DNA of 64,000 nucleotides from Terriglobales bacterium (GTDB lineage: Bacteria; Acidobacteriota; Terriglobia; Terriglobales; Acidobacteriaceae): assembly GCA_045808085.1 (NCBI GenBank), contig JBJMGE010000006.1:144194-208193 (forward strand), read 5' to 3'. Position numbers and translations under genes: made by a program. Under the pieces are notes generated by a model. The model ran no database searches, had not been told where the DNA came from, and saw only the letters and a program-made list of their open reading frames with translations. Below, piece after piece: positions 33,407 through 45,960 of this stretch (within the stretch, counting starts at the first letter, position 1; each line of letters starts with the position of its first letter).

Positions 33407-36361
33407 ATGTCGCCACAAATCCAGGACTGGAACGCTCCTGAAGCCCGTGCCCACGCCGATTCTCTCGCCGCTGAGCTGCGCGCCACCATCACGGGTGAAG
33501 TCCGCTTTGATGATGGCACCCGCGCTCTTTATGCCGTCGATGGTTCGAATTACCGGCAGGTGCCGATCGGCATTGTGATTCCTAAGAGCATCGAAGAAGT
33601 AATTCAGACAGTGGCTCTGGCCCGCAAGCACAACGCCCCGCTTCTTCCACGCGGAGGTGGCACCAGCCTCAGCGGACAGTCCTGCAACGTCGCCGTGATC
33701 GTGGATTTTTCCAAGTACCTCAACCAGATTATTGAGATTAATCCCAGGGAAAAATATGCCTGGGTGCAGCCCGGCTGCGTGCTGGATAAGCTGCGCAATC
33801 GCGCGAACGAGTTTAATCTCACCTTCGGCCCCGATCCTTCCACGCATGAATACTGCAATCTGGGCGGGATGATCGGCAACAATTCCTGCGGCGTGCATTC
33901 TGTCATGGCCGGGCGGACCGTCGATAACGTCCTGGAACTTGACGTCCTTACTCATGATGGCGAGCGCATGCGCGTTGGCCCAACGTCGGATGCGGAGTAT
34001 GAAGAGATCATTCGCGCCGGTGGTCGTCGTGCAGAAATCTATTCCCGCCTGCGCGCGCTGCGCGATCAATATGGCGATCTTATCCGCAGCCGTTATCCCA
34101 ACATCCCGCGCCGCGTTTCCGGCTATAGCCTCGACGAACTTCTTCCCCAGCGCGGTTTCAACGTTGCCAAGTCGCTGGTCGGGGCAGAAGGCACATGCGT
34201 GATCACCTTGGCGGCCAAAGTCCGTCTGGTGGATTGGCCCAAAAAACGCACCACCGTTGTGCTTGGGTATAAAGACGTTTACGCCGCCGCCGACAATGTG
34301 CCGGAAGTTTGCAAATCAAAGCCCATTGGCCTGGAAGGCATGGATGACGTTCTGATTTCAAACATGAAGAAAAAGAACCTTCATCCCAAAAGCATCGCCC
34401 TGCTGCCGGAAGGCAAAGGCTGGCTGCTTTGTGAATTCGGCGGCGAAACGAAAGAAGAATCCAACGCCAAAGCGCGCGGCTTGATGGAGACACTGAGCCG
34501 GCAAGCTGATCCGCCCAACATGAAGCTCTTCGTTGACGAGCAGGAGACGCTGCTGGTCTGGAAAGCCCGCGAGTCCGGTCTGGGCGCAACTTCGCAAGTA
34601 CCCGGAGAGCCGGAAGCGTGGGAAGGCTGGGAAGATGCCGCCGTGGCTCCGGAAAAACTGGGGCAGTATCTGCGCGCGCTGCATCGGCTGTTGGCAAAAT
34701 ATGGCTACCACTGCGCACTCTACGGGCACTTTGGTGACGCCTGCGTTCACATGCGGATTGACTTTGATCTAGTGACAGAAAAGGGCATCAAGGCTTTTCG
34801 CGCTTTTGTTGAAGAGGCTGCGGATATGGTAGTCGCGATGGGCGGCTCGCTTTCCGGCGAGCATGGCGACGGCCAGGCACGCGGCGAGCTACTAGTCAGA
34901 ATGTTTGGCCCTGAATTGATGGAAGCCTTCCGCGAGTTCAAGCGGATATGGGACCCGGGCTGGAAAATGAATCCGGGCAAAAAGGTTGACGCGAACCCGC
35001 TCGACGAGAACCTGCGCCTTGGCGCTACCTACCGCCCTGCGCCGGTCAGGACCTATTTCTCTTTCCCGGAAGACCATGGGCATTTTCCGGAAAGTACCCT
35101 GCGCTGCGTCGGCGTAAGCAAGTGCCGCAAGGATGACAGCGGTACCATGTGTCCCAGTTACATGGCGACGCGAGAAGAGAAACATTCCACTCGCGGTCGA
35201 GCGCGCCTGCTCTTTGAAATGCTGCGCGGTGAGACTCTTAAAGACGGCTGGAAGAATGAGTATCTAAAAGACGCGCTTGATCTTTGTCTTGCCTGCAAGG
35301 CCTGCAAGAGTGAGTGCCCCATCAACGTGGACATGGCAACCTACAAAGCGGAATTTCTGGCGCACTATTATGAGCGCCGCTCGCGTCCTCGCGCGGCTTA
35401 CTCCATGGGCTTGATTCAGCGCTGGGCAGGCATGGCTCGCATTGCTCCGTGGCTCGTAAATTTTATCGGTCGCGCGCCCGGAACATCACAGCTCATGAAG
35501 TGGGCCGGCGGTGTCTCGCAAAAACGCAACATGCCCGCCTTTGCCGCGGAGACGTTCACTGCGTGGTTTCGCAAGCGCCCGCTGCGCAATGCTGGTCGTC
35601 CGCTGGTCATTCTCTGGCCAGACACATTCAGCAACAACTTCCATCCTTCCATCGCCAAAGCCGCCGTAGAAGTCCTGGAGCATGCGGGATATCAGGTGAA
35701 GATTCCGCAGCAAAGCGTATGTTGTGGCCGTCCTTTATATGACTTTGGCATGCTAGATCAGGCCAAAGCCACGCTGCAACAAACATTGGCTGCTTTGCGA
35801 AGTGATATCGAAGCCGGAACGCCTGTGGTGGGAATTGAACCAAGCTGTGTCTCCGTCTTCCGCGACGAGATGACCAACCTGCTGGGCAAAAACCTTGAAG
35901 CGCAAAAGCTCAAAAGCCAGACTTATCTGTTCAGCGAATTTCTGATTAACCAGGCTGATTATCGCCCGCCGCAGCTCAAGCGCAAAGCAATCGTCCATGC
36001 GCATTGCCATCACAAGTCAGTGCTTAAGTTTGATTCTGAATCTGAATTGCTGAAGCGCATCGGCCTCGACTTCCATGTTCTCGATTCTGGCTGCTGCGGC
36101 ATGGCTGGATCTTTTGGCTTTGAAGCTGAGAAATATGACGTCTCAGTCAAGATTGGTGAACGCGTGCTGCTGCCCGCCGTTCGCGCTGCCGCGGCGGATA
36201 CACTCATCATTACCGACGGTTTCAGTTGCTACCAGCAGATTGAAGGCCTAACTGGACGCAAGGCGCTGCATATTACTGAGGTTTTGGAGATGGCCATTGC
36301 TGAAATTCCGAACCCGCTCGTGAATTCAGCCCATCACTTCGAACAGTTAACGCGCAGGTGA
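33407..36361 (+). CDS. FAD-binding oxidase fused to Fe-S/CCG domains (YdiJ-like 2-hydroxyacid dehydrogenase)
   Basis: 984 aa. A GlcD-like FAD domain ('PRGGGTSLSGQ') is followed by 'CLACKACKSECP' and two CCG-type Cys motifs ('CCGRP', 'SGCCGMAGSFG'). Confidence 0.85.
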   Translation: MSPQIQDWNAPEARAHADSLAAELRATITGEVRFDDGTRALYAVDGSNYRQVPIGIVIPKSIEEVIQTVALARKHNAPLLPRGGGTSLSGQSCNVAVIVDFSKYLNQIIEINPREKYAWVQPGCVLDKLRNRANEFNLTFGPDPSTHEYCNLGGMIGNNSCGVHSVMAGRTVDNVLELDVLTHDGERMRVGPTSDAEYEEIIRAGGRRAEIYSRLRALRDQYGDLIRSRYPNIPRRVSGYSLDELLPQRGFNVAKSLVGAEGTCVITLAAKVRLVDWPKKRTTVVLGYKDVYAAADNVPEVCKSKPIGLEGMDDVLISNMKKKNLHPKSIALLPEGKGWLLCEFGGETKEESNAKARGLMETLSRQADPPNMKLFVDEQETLLVWKARESGLGATSQVPGEPEAWEGWEDAAVAPEKLGQYLRALHRLLAKYGYHCALYGHFGDACVHMRIDFDLVTEKGIKAFRAFVEEAADMVVAMGGSLSGEHGDGQARGELLVRMFGPELMEAFREFKRIWDPGWKMNPGKKVDANPLDENLRLGATYRPAPVRTYFSFPEDHGHFPESTLRCVGVSKCRKDDSGTMCPSYMATREEKHSTRGRARLLFEMLRGETLKDGWKNEYLKDALDLCLACKACKSECPINVDMATYKAEFLAHYYERRSRPRAAYSMGLIQRWAGMARIAPWLVNFIGRAPGTSQLMKWAGGVSQKRNMPAFAAETFTAWFRKRPLRNAGRPLVILWPDTFSNNFHPSIAKAAVEVLEHAGYQVKIPQQSVCCGRPLYDFGMLDQAKATLQQTLAALRSDIEAGTPVVGIEPSCVSVFRDEMTNLLGKNLEAQKLKSQTYLFSEFLINQADYRPPQLKRKAIVHAHCHHKSVLKFDSESELLKRIGLDFHVLDSGCCGMAGSFGFEAEKYDVSVKIGERVLLPAVRAAAADTLIITDGFSCYQQIEGLTGRKALHITEVLEMAIAEIPNPLVNSAHHFEQLTRR

Positions 36362-36419
36362 GGGAGCCCTATTGCAACGGAAATTGTTGGGGTACCTTCA
36401 TTTAGGAATCTCGTGGCCG

Positions 36420-36445
36420 TAGGGTTCCCTCGCGTCGCTCGGGAC
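36420..36445. repeat. REP element (reverse copy of the GTCCCGAGCG family)
   Basis: 'tagggttccctcgcgtcgctcgggac'. A half-site 'gagggagcccta' at 36360-36371 overlaps the preceding stop codon. Confidence 0.7.
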
Positions 36446-36456
36446 TTCGGAAAAAA

Positions 36457-37524
36457 CTATGCCGGCTTTTCCACCTGGTTGTAACGACGCGCCGCACGCT
36501 TGCCCAGCGCGGTCAAAGGTGAACGTGTTACCGCCGACTGGCTTTCATGCCCAGGCTTTTTCTCCGTGGCTCCGGAGGCATCGGGCAATAGCCGGTTCAC
36601 ATGGGCCAGAATTTCTTGCGTCGTTCGTGGCGCCACGCCATGGACTCCCGCCAGCAACTTGGCCTGCCAGCTGATCACCAGCTCTGTCCGGTTGGCGGCG
36701 GTTGCGTTGACAATCTTTTCCGCCGCGCGTCTGGCCGATATCGATGCCAAAGGGTTCGTTCCGCTCACCGCGAACCAGCCAAACTCAGCTTGGTGCTTGC
36801 CTTTAAATTGTGCGTTCAAATGTGAGCCCGTGCGCATGAGTCCTGGAATTACAGTGAGAACATGAATTCCAAACCGCTTCAGCTCAGCGTGCAGACCCTC
36901 AGAAAAGCCGGTTACAGCGAACTTGGCGCAGCCATAAGGAATAAGGTGCGGCACGCTGACTTTGCCTCCGATGGAAGAAATGTTCACGATCTTCCCCGTT
37001 CCTCGCGCAAGCATCTGTGGCAGGGCGGCCAGCGTGGGATGAACGGTGCCCCAGAACATCACGTCCATGGCTTCCTGAAAGTCTTCCAACTTCTGGGAAA
37101 GGATGGGGCCTACAGAAATCACGCCGGCATTGTTGACCAGCACATCAATACCGCCCATGTGGCGGGTCACTGAGCTGATCAGGTTATCCACTTCTTCCGG
37201 CTTGGTCACGTCGCACCGGACGGCGCAAACCACAGCGCCAAGATCTTCCAGTTGCTGCCGGGCGCGGGCAAGCTCCTGTTCATCGCGAGCGCAGATTGCG
37301 ATCTTCGCTCCAAATTGCGCGAACTCTTCCGCCAGCGCCAGCCCAAGTCCACGCGATCCGCCAGTGATCAGCACCGTCTTGCCGCGCAACTCGCGCAGGC
37401 GATGCTCGCGAAACCGCCTTAGTCCGCTCCGGAGTGCCAGAACTGTTCCTAAACCAGCCGCCGCGCCCGCCATGAGCGTACCTGCGGCAGCACCACCAAT
37501 GATGACCTTTGTCCGATTTTTCAT
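36457..37524 (-). CDS. SDR-family oxidoreductase with N-terminal TM anchor
   Basis: 'VLITGGSRGLGLA', 'NNAG' and 'YGCAKFAV' (YxxxK). Start moved to 'MKNRTKVIIGGAAAG' to avoid overlap with the upstream gene. Confidence 0.85.
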   Translation of the reverse strand: MKNRTKVIIGGAAAGTLMAGAAAGLGTVLALRSGLRRFREHRLRELRGKTVLITGGSRGLGLALAEEFAQFGAKIAICARDEQELARARQQLEDLGAVVCAVRCDVTKPEEVDNLISSVTRHMGGIDVLVNNAGVISVGPILSQKLEDFQEAMDVMFWGTVHPTLAALPQMLARGTGKIVNISSIGGKVSVPHLIPYGCAKFAVTGFSEGLHAELKRFGIHVLTVIPGLMRTGSHLNAQFKGKHQAEFGWFAVSGTNPLASISARRAAEKIVNATAANRTELVISWQAKLLAGVHGVAPRTTQEILAHVNRLLPDASGATEKKPGHESQSAVTRSPLTALGKRAARRYNQVEKPA

Positions 37525-37547
37525 ACGCTTTGTCCTATCTGGTTTAT

Positions 37548-39995
37548 TCAGCTTGCAATTTGAAATGCGGTTTCCGGCGCAAGCTCGGGAACGCTGATTT
37601 TGAGTTTTTCTCCCAGGGCAAGAAAACGTTCCTGCCACTGGCGCGATGCCGGATCGCCTCTGCGGGCGATCCTGGGGAAGACTTTATCCAGAATGGAGTA
37701 ATAAATGTTCTGTGCGTGCCAGCAATCCACGGAAAACGGCATCATGGGATAAAGGCTGGTCAACACGTTGGCGCGTTCCAGCGTTTCGCTATCTTCCGGG
37801 TTCTGCTGTAAGCGCTTCAATATACGGGTCAATGCATTGCCGGCCGCGTAGCGCGCGCCGGCTTCATCCACCTGCACGTCTTCGCGCCTGACCATTTCCA
37901 GGAGCATGGCAATCCTGACAAAATCGACTGGATCGGTTTCAAACGTATGTTTGAGGTCGCTATTGAGGACAAATTCCGCAGTGAAGCGCAAAACGTCCGG
38001 AACAGGCTGGCCCATTTCTTTCAGGAACCGCATGAGCGATCCATGCTTTTCGTAAATCTGGTGATAGCTGGCCTCGGCATCACCCAGCGTGCGGGAAAGA
38101 ACAATATCCAGAATCCTTTTTTGCTCATCCTTAAAAAGCGCCTTGAATGAGTACGGCATGCCGTCAAAGTGCTCGTCCAACAGCCGGAGCAGTTCGCCAA
38201 AGTCGCCGCTGGAAAAAGCTGCCATGCTCTCAGCCACCAGCATTTCGTAGTCTTCTTTCTCGTCAAGCTCGCGCACACCTGCGTGCAGCACCTGATCGCC
38301 CAGATACACCGCGGCAAACCTCAAGTCGCGCGCTTCGCGGGTGATGCGCGAGGTAACGCGGGAAATCCCCAGTGCCAGCCGCGCCGTTCCGGCTTCAGCG
38401 TGGCGATAATCCACGCTCTTGATGGAATAGCAGTACTGCGGGACGATGTGATCACCGTTAAACATTGAACTGATGGCAAAATGCGCTCCCACCTTGCACA
38501 GATCGACAAATGCCGGTGCCACCCAGCGGTTATAGATAGTTGCGCCGTCACCCATCTCCGGCAGATTGCTTTGGGCAAGGGCAAGCCGCCGCAGAAATTC
38601 GGGTTCGGGATCCACGTTGCCGGTTTCGCGCGCCAGCTGTATGACTCGGCCAGCATATTGCAGCACCTGCATGCTTTCAATGCCGCTCAGCTCGTCAAAA
38701 AACCAGCCGCAGCTGGTGTACATAAGCATGGCGTGGCGCTGCATTTCCAGCAGCTTGAGAGCATCAGTGGTCTCAGCAGGCTTCAGTTGGTGGCGGGAGT
38801 GTTTTTCAAAAAAAAGCCAGAGCGAATCCGGCGAGCGGTCCAGCACTACATCTATATAGTCATTGCGGGCGGCCCAGGGATCGTGCAGCATCTCGCCGGC
38901 TTTGCCCTCAAACAATCCGGCAACACAATCCCGCAGGTAATCCAGAGCATCACGCAGAGGCCCGCGCCATTGCTGGTTCCAGCCCGCGCGCCCGGTATTG
39001 CAGCCGCAATCATTTCGCCACCGATCTACGCCGTGAGCACAACTCCATGAAGTGTTTTCAATAATCTGGACTTCGTGCGTCGGCGGATACATTTCCAGGA
39101 ACTCGCTGTAGTTGGTAAGGCGCAATGAAGGATCAGCTTCAATCCGATCCAGAGCATAGGCAAGCGCCATATCCCCATGGCGATGATGGTGCCCATAGGT
39201 TTCGCCGTCGGTGGCAATGTGCATTAGCTGCGGCCAGTCGCGACGGTCAGAGAAGCCGCTCTTCAGCCGGTTCGCAAATTCCTCTCCACTATTCAGGAGC
39301 TGTTCAAAGGCCACAGCGCGGGAAATGGGCCCGTCATAAAAGAAGATGTTGATTCTTTTTCCTGAAGGCAGCTTGGCCAGGTAAGCGCGCGTTGGGTCAA
39401 TGCGTGAGCCGCTAACGTCTTTCCAACTGCGCCCGCCAATCTTGCGCACCCTACCAGCTTGATTCGGCGCCAGGATTGTGAATCGAACGCCGTGTTCCGC
39501 CAGGGTTTCCAGGGTTTCAACATCGGCTGCGGTTTCAGCCAGCCACATGCCTTCTGGTGTTCGTCCAAAGCGGTGCTCAAAATCGCGGATGCCCCAGATT
39601 ACCTGTGTAGCTTTGTCACGCGAGTTCGCCAGCGGCAGAATCATGTGGTTGTAAGACTGCGCCAGCGCCGATCCATGCCCGGAAAACTTTTCCTGGCTTG
39701 CCCTGTCAGATTCAAGGATCGATTCGTATGTCTCGGGAGAGTTCTCTTCCAGCCAGGAGAGCAGAGTGGGACCAAAGTTGTAGCTGATGCGGGAGTAATT
39801 GTTGACTATCCGCCGGATATACCCGGCTTCATCAAGAATGCGCGAGGCGCCGTTGGGCGCGTAGCACTCGGCGGTAATGCGCTCATCCCAGTCATGGTAA
39901 GGATAAGCGGAATCCTGGCGCTCAACCGCTTCCAGCCAGGGATTTTCCCGTGGCGGCTGGTAAAAATGAGCATGAATGCAGATACAGCGTTCCAT
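37548..39995 (-). CDS. Glycoside hydrolase family 57 protein with DUF3536-like C-terminal half
   Basis: 'CICIHAHFYQPPRENPW', the typical GH57 N-terminus, plus 'ATDGETYGHH'. Start set to the ATG at 39995. Confidence 0.8.
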   Translation of the reverse strand: MERCICIHAHFYQPPRENPWLEAVERQDSAYPYHDWDERITAECYAPNGASRILDEAGYIRRIVNNYSRISYNFGPTLLSWLEENSPETYESILESDRASQEKFSGHGSALAQSYNHMILPLANSRDKATQVIWGIRDFEHRFGRTPEGMWLAETAADVETLETLAEHGVRFTILAPNQAGRVRKIGGRSWKDVSGSRIDPTRAYLAKLPSGKRINIFFYDGPISRAVAFEQLLNSGEEFANRLKSGFSDRRDWPQLMHIATDGETYGHHHRHGDMALAYALDRIEADPSLRLTNYSEFLEMYPPTHEVQIIENTSWSCAHGVDRWRNDCGCNTGRAGWNQQWRGPLRDALDYLRDCVAGLFEGKAGEMLHDPWAARNDYIDVVLDRSPDSLWLFFEKHSRHQLKPAETTDALKLLEMQRHAMLMYTSCGWFFDELSGIESMQVLQYAGRVIQLARETGNVDPEPEFLRRLALAQSNLPEMGDGATIYNRWVAPAFVDLCKVGAHFAISSMFNGDHIVPQYCYSIKSVDYRHAEAGTARLALGISRVTSRITREARDLRFAAVYLGDQVLHAGVRELDEKEDYEMLVAESMAAFSSGDFGELLRLLDEHFDGMPYSFKALFKDEQKRILDIVLSRTLGDAEASYHQIYEKHGSLMRFLKEMGQPVPDVLRFTAEFVLNSDLKHTFETDPVDFVRIAMLLEMVRREDVQVDEAGARYAAGNALTRILKRLQQNPEDSETLERANVLTSLYPMMPFSVDCWHAQNIYYSILDKVFPRIARRGDPASRQWQERFLALGEKLKISVPELAPETAFQIAS

Positions 39996-40298
39996 TGAGA
40001 GGCCGGCCATGCCTGTGTGCTGCAAAGAACATTACCCCGACATTAGGATGTGAAATGCCATCCAGATGGTGCCTAGCTGCTTGTAAATACACTTGAATGC
40101 TTATCCCACAACAGTCCTTCCCGCACATTGCCCAAGAAAGCTATGTCTCTGCTCAACGTGAGTATCTGGATGCTCAAACCGGCAGCAGCACTCTCTCTGT
40201 GGGGCTGTGGCCTTCGACATGCATAAGTGCAAAGCGATCTGCTCCATATCCAGTTCCCCTTATGGCCAGAATATCCCAACGGAATTGAGGTATAGGAA

Positions 40299-40862
40299 AT
40301 GTCTGCTTCTTATCTGCGAAAGTATTGCTTCGGATTAATTCTGATGGCAGTTTTAATCTTCAGCGTGCCGAAGTCGAATGCCCAAGTCTGGGTCGGTTCA
40401 ACCGGCACAGTAGATCCCAACAGCACGAATCTGGTGAAGTACATCAATGGACGAGTCGAGCTGCGCAACGATGCGCCGGTCGGTTCGGTGGCTTTCATCC
40501 GTTACAACGTCCTGCCGGTGCGCGACCTCGCCACTGATCTTACAAGCATCGAATACCGCATCTTTGACGCTCGTTTTCTCGATGATGGCGCAGGGCACGT
40601 TTTCCTTTCATTGATTCAACAGAATGTGAGCACCGGCGCGCTCACTACCCTGATGACCTTCGATAGCAATGCTTCTTCCCCAAGCGCTTCTTACCAGCGG
40701 GGAAACACGCCGGGTAACCCCACGTTCAACTTCACTTGGGCCGATTCTGACGGCTTTAATCCAAGTGACAGTGTCTATTACGTGGAAGCACAGCTAAGCC
40801 GAACGGCTACAGGCGGACAGGCCGGCTTGGCAGGCTTCTCAATCAAGAAAATCGTTCCCTAG
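40299..40862 (+). CDS. Secreted hypothetical protein
   Basis: SD 'gaggtatagga', signal peptide 'LILMAVLIFSVPKSNA'. No family recognised. Confidence 0.55.
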   Translation: MSASYLRKYCFGLILMAVLIFSVPKSNAQVWVGSTGTVDPNSTNLVKYINGRVELRNDAPVGSVAFIRYNVLPVRDLATDLTSIEYRIFDARFLDDGAGHVFLSLIQQNVSTGALTTLMTFDSNASSPSASYQRGNTPGNPTFNFTWADSDGFNPSDSVYYVEAQLSRTATGGQAGLAGFSIKKIVP

Positions 40863-41066
40863 CTGTTGAAAGTGTTCAAACGTCATTTAGGAAACAATGT
40901 CGCAAGAAATCCAAACGGCTCCTCAGGGTGAGGGGCCGTTGCTTCAGCTCATGTCCCGAACTAAGGATGTGGATCAATGCGGGGACGCGCCTGCCAACGG
41001 GCGAATTGGGACGAAATTCGAAAAGAGACCCGACTCTAAAAGGGGTTAAGATATGTTCAGAGAACC

Positions 41067-41288
41067 ATGACTCGCGAAGAACATGAACGGTTGTATGCGT
41101 TGGTGCAGAACCCGCCGCCGGGCAGCAAAATGGAAGCTGCCAAGATGTATGGCGTGGATTTGACCCTGAATTTACAGAGTTTGACGCGCACCCCGGCCGA
41201 GCGGGTTCGCGAAATGGAAGCCGCATTGAAATTCGCAGAGGAGTTGCGGCGAGCGGGGGCCACCTTGATCGGCTCACCTGATCAATGA
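41067..41288 (+). CDS. Small helical protein, putative partner/antitoxin of the downstream nucleotidyltransferase
   Basis: 73 aa. Its stop overlaps the next start (ATGA at 41285-41288). Confidence 0.5.
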   Translation: MTREEHERLYALVQNPPPGSKMEAAKMYGVDLTLNLQSLTRTPAERVREMEAALKFAEELRRAGATLIGSPDQ

Positions 41289-41791
41289 TCGATTTTGAGG
41301 CTACTCTCAAGCTCCTTTCGGAGCGTGGCGTTAACTTCGTCGTGATTGGCGGCTATGCCGCGACCCTTCACGGTTCAGCGTACCTCACACGAGACCTTGA
41401 CATCTGTTACGAGCGCACGCCTGAAAACATGGAGCGGTTGGTGCGCGCTCTCAGCCCTTATCGTCCGCGCCTACGCGGCGCTCCTGAAGGGCTGCCTTTT
41501 GTGTTTGACATGAAAATGCTTTCTAATGGCATGAACTTCACTCTTGCAACTGACTTGGGCGACATCGATTTGCTTGGTCACGTGTCCGGCCTGGGAGAGT
41601 TCCCGGCTGTCGCACTCGATGCGATTTCCATGCCGCTGTTCGGCGGCGAGTATCGAGTGGCTTCTCTCGATTCCCTCATCCGTTCCAAAAGGGCGGCGGG
41701 CAGGAACAAAGACCTGAATGTCCTGCCGGAGCTGGAGGCGCTAAAAGAAATGCATCCGCCAAAAGATCAGACGGAGCCGCCGCAAGACTGA
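41285..41791 (+). CDS. Minimal nucleotidyltransferase (Pol-beta superfamily, AbiEii/DUF2204-like)
   Basis: 'VIGGYAATLHGSAYLTRDLDI', the hGG-x9-13-D.D NTase signature, plus C-terminal 'RAAGRNKDLNVLPELEAL'. Confidence 0.7.
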   Translation: MIDFEATLKLLSERGVNFVVIGGYAATLHGSAYLTRDLDICYERTPENMERLVRALSPYRPRLRGAPEGLPFVFDMKMLSNGMNFTLATDLGDIDLLGHVSGLGEFPAVALDAISMPLFGGEYRVASLDSLIRSKRAAGRNKDLNVLPELEALKEMHPPKDQTEPPQD

Positions 41792-41886
41792 GCGCAAAAT
41801 CGGCATCGGGTCTGGGCCGGCGCTGCTCGGTCTGCGATTGTTCCCGATACTCAGCCCAAACGAGGAACAATTTCGCTAGATAGAAG

Positions 41887-42069
41887 AGCGGAAGCTTCAC
41901 CCTTCAAAATAAAAAAACAAACGTGAGGATCAAGAGAAGCTGATTTTTTGAATGCAAAAATATTTTTTTGCATTTGTTCGGCGGAGGGTAGCTGAAATGC
42001 GCAACTCTTGTTTATAATCATCCGTTTTCATCAATGATCTCGATCACGGATGAATGTGAAGCTTCCGCT
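41887..42069. repeat. 14-bp perfect inverted repeat bracketing the AT-rich region upstream of actA
   Basis: agcggaagcttcac (41887-41900) and gtgaagcttccgct (42056-42069), 155 bp apart. Confidence 0.8.
41951..41974. promoter_or_regulatory. Palindrome AATGCAAAAA-N4-TTTTTGCATT, candidate operator of the ACIII-oxidase operon
   Basis: 10-bp perfect arms. It lies 40 bp upstream of a TATAAT (42013-42018) and about 145 bp upstream of the actA ATG. Confidence 0.4.
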
Positions 42070-42119
42070 TCGTGCGGATTAATTTTCACGACGGCGTTCA
42101 CGGACACGAATTTTATTCA

Positions 42120-42830
42120 ATGGCACAGATCTTTCACCGCAGTGCGAATACTCTGGCTCGCGCCAGCATACTGGGAGTAGTACTGCTGCTCTCCGCAGTA
42201 GGCGCGGCTGTATTGAAGCTCCAGCGCTCACCCTACGTCACGGCGCAACGTATCGCGCCGGAACAGCCAGTGCCGTTCAGCCATCAGCACCACGCGGCTG
42301 GCTTGGGACTGGATTGCCGGTATTGCCACACCTCGGTGGAGGATTCGAGCTTTGCCGGAATTCCTCCTACCAAGACTTGCATGAACTGCCACGCGCAGAT
42401 TTGGACCAACGCTCCCATGCTGGCGCCAGTGCGTTATAGCTTCTCCAGCGGCCAGTCACTGCAATGGACCCGCGTGCATGATCTCCCGGACTTTGTTTAC
42501 TTCAATCACAGCATTCACATCAACAAAGGGATTGGCTGTTACAGCTGCCACGGCCAGGTGGATGCGATGCCGTTGATGTACCAGGAACATACGCTGCAGA
42601 TGGAATGGTGTCTGGACTGCCATCGGCAGCCGGAAAAGTTCCTGCGTCCAAAGAACCAGGTTTTCAGTATGAAGTATCAGCAGCCGACCACGGAAGCGCC
42701 GGTTGAAGCGATGATTGGCGGAAAAAAAGAGTCCTTTACCGACCAGTTGGTGCTCGGTACGGCTTTGCGGAAGGAATATCACCTGCGCTCGGTGCAGGAC
42801 ATAACCAGTTGCTCCACCTGCCACCGATAG
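42120..42830 (+). CDS. actA: Alternative Complex III subunit ActA (pentahaem cytochrome c)
   Basis: Five CxxCH motifs (CRYCH, CMNCH, CYSCH, CLDCH, CSTCH) and an N-terminal TM anchor. Start moved to 'MAQIFHRS'. Confidence 0.9.
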   Translation: MAQIFHRSANTLARASILGVVLLLSAVGAAVLKLQRSPYVTAQRIAPEQPVPFSHQHHAAGLGLDCRYCHTSVEDSSFAGIPPTKTCMNCHAQIWTNAPMLAPVRYSFSSGQSLQWTRVHDLPDFVYFNHSIHINKGIGCYSCHGQVDAMPLMYQEHTLQMEWCLDCHRQPEKFLRPKNQVFSMKYQQPTTEAPVEAMIGGKKESFTDQLVLGTALRKEYHLRSVQDITSCSTCHR

Positions 42831-42852
42831 GGGTGGAAACAAATGGAAACGA

Positions 42853-45957
<3,105 letters not shown>

Positions 45958-45960
45958 GAG

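Noticed and set aside
33401-34069. 222-aa minus-strand ORF, and similar long antisense ORFs at 8348-8986, 11248-11940, 11998-12888, 23456-24010, 43852-44493, 44803-45489, 45931-46620, 50583-51299, 54021-54635 and 63041-63994
   Set aside because: Each lies inside a confidently identified gene on the other strand (FAD oxidase, spermidine-synthase-like, M13 peptidase, ActB, ActC, Sco, CtaE, radical SAM). Their translations are Arg/His/Gly-rich with no motifs.
40897-41049. 50-codon ORF (MSQEIQTAPQGEG...) with an AGGA upstream
   Set aside because: It has no hydrophobic or structured character and no terminator or coupling, so coding cannot be supported from the sequence alone.
40876-41310. 144-aa minus-strand ORF overlapping the small partner gene
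   Set aside because: The plus-strand reading gives an ATGA-coupled pair with a clear NTase downstream. The minus-strand translation is Ser/Arg/Pro-rich with no features.
42031-42047. Possible FNR/CRP box in 'tcaatgatctcgatca' upstream of actA
   Set aside because: It does not fit TTGAT-N4-ATCAA on either strand when aligned base by base.
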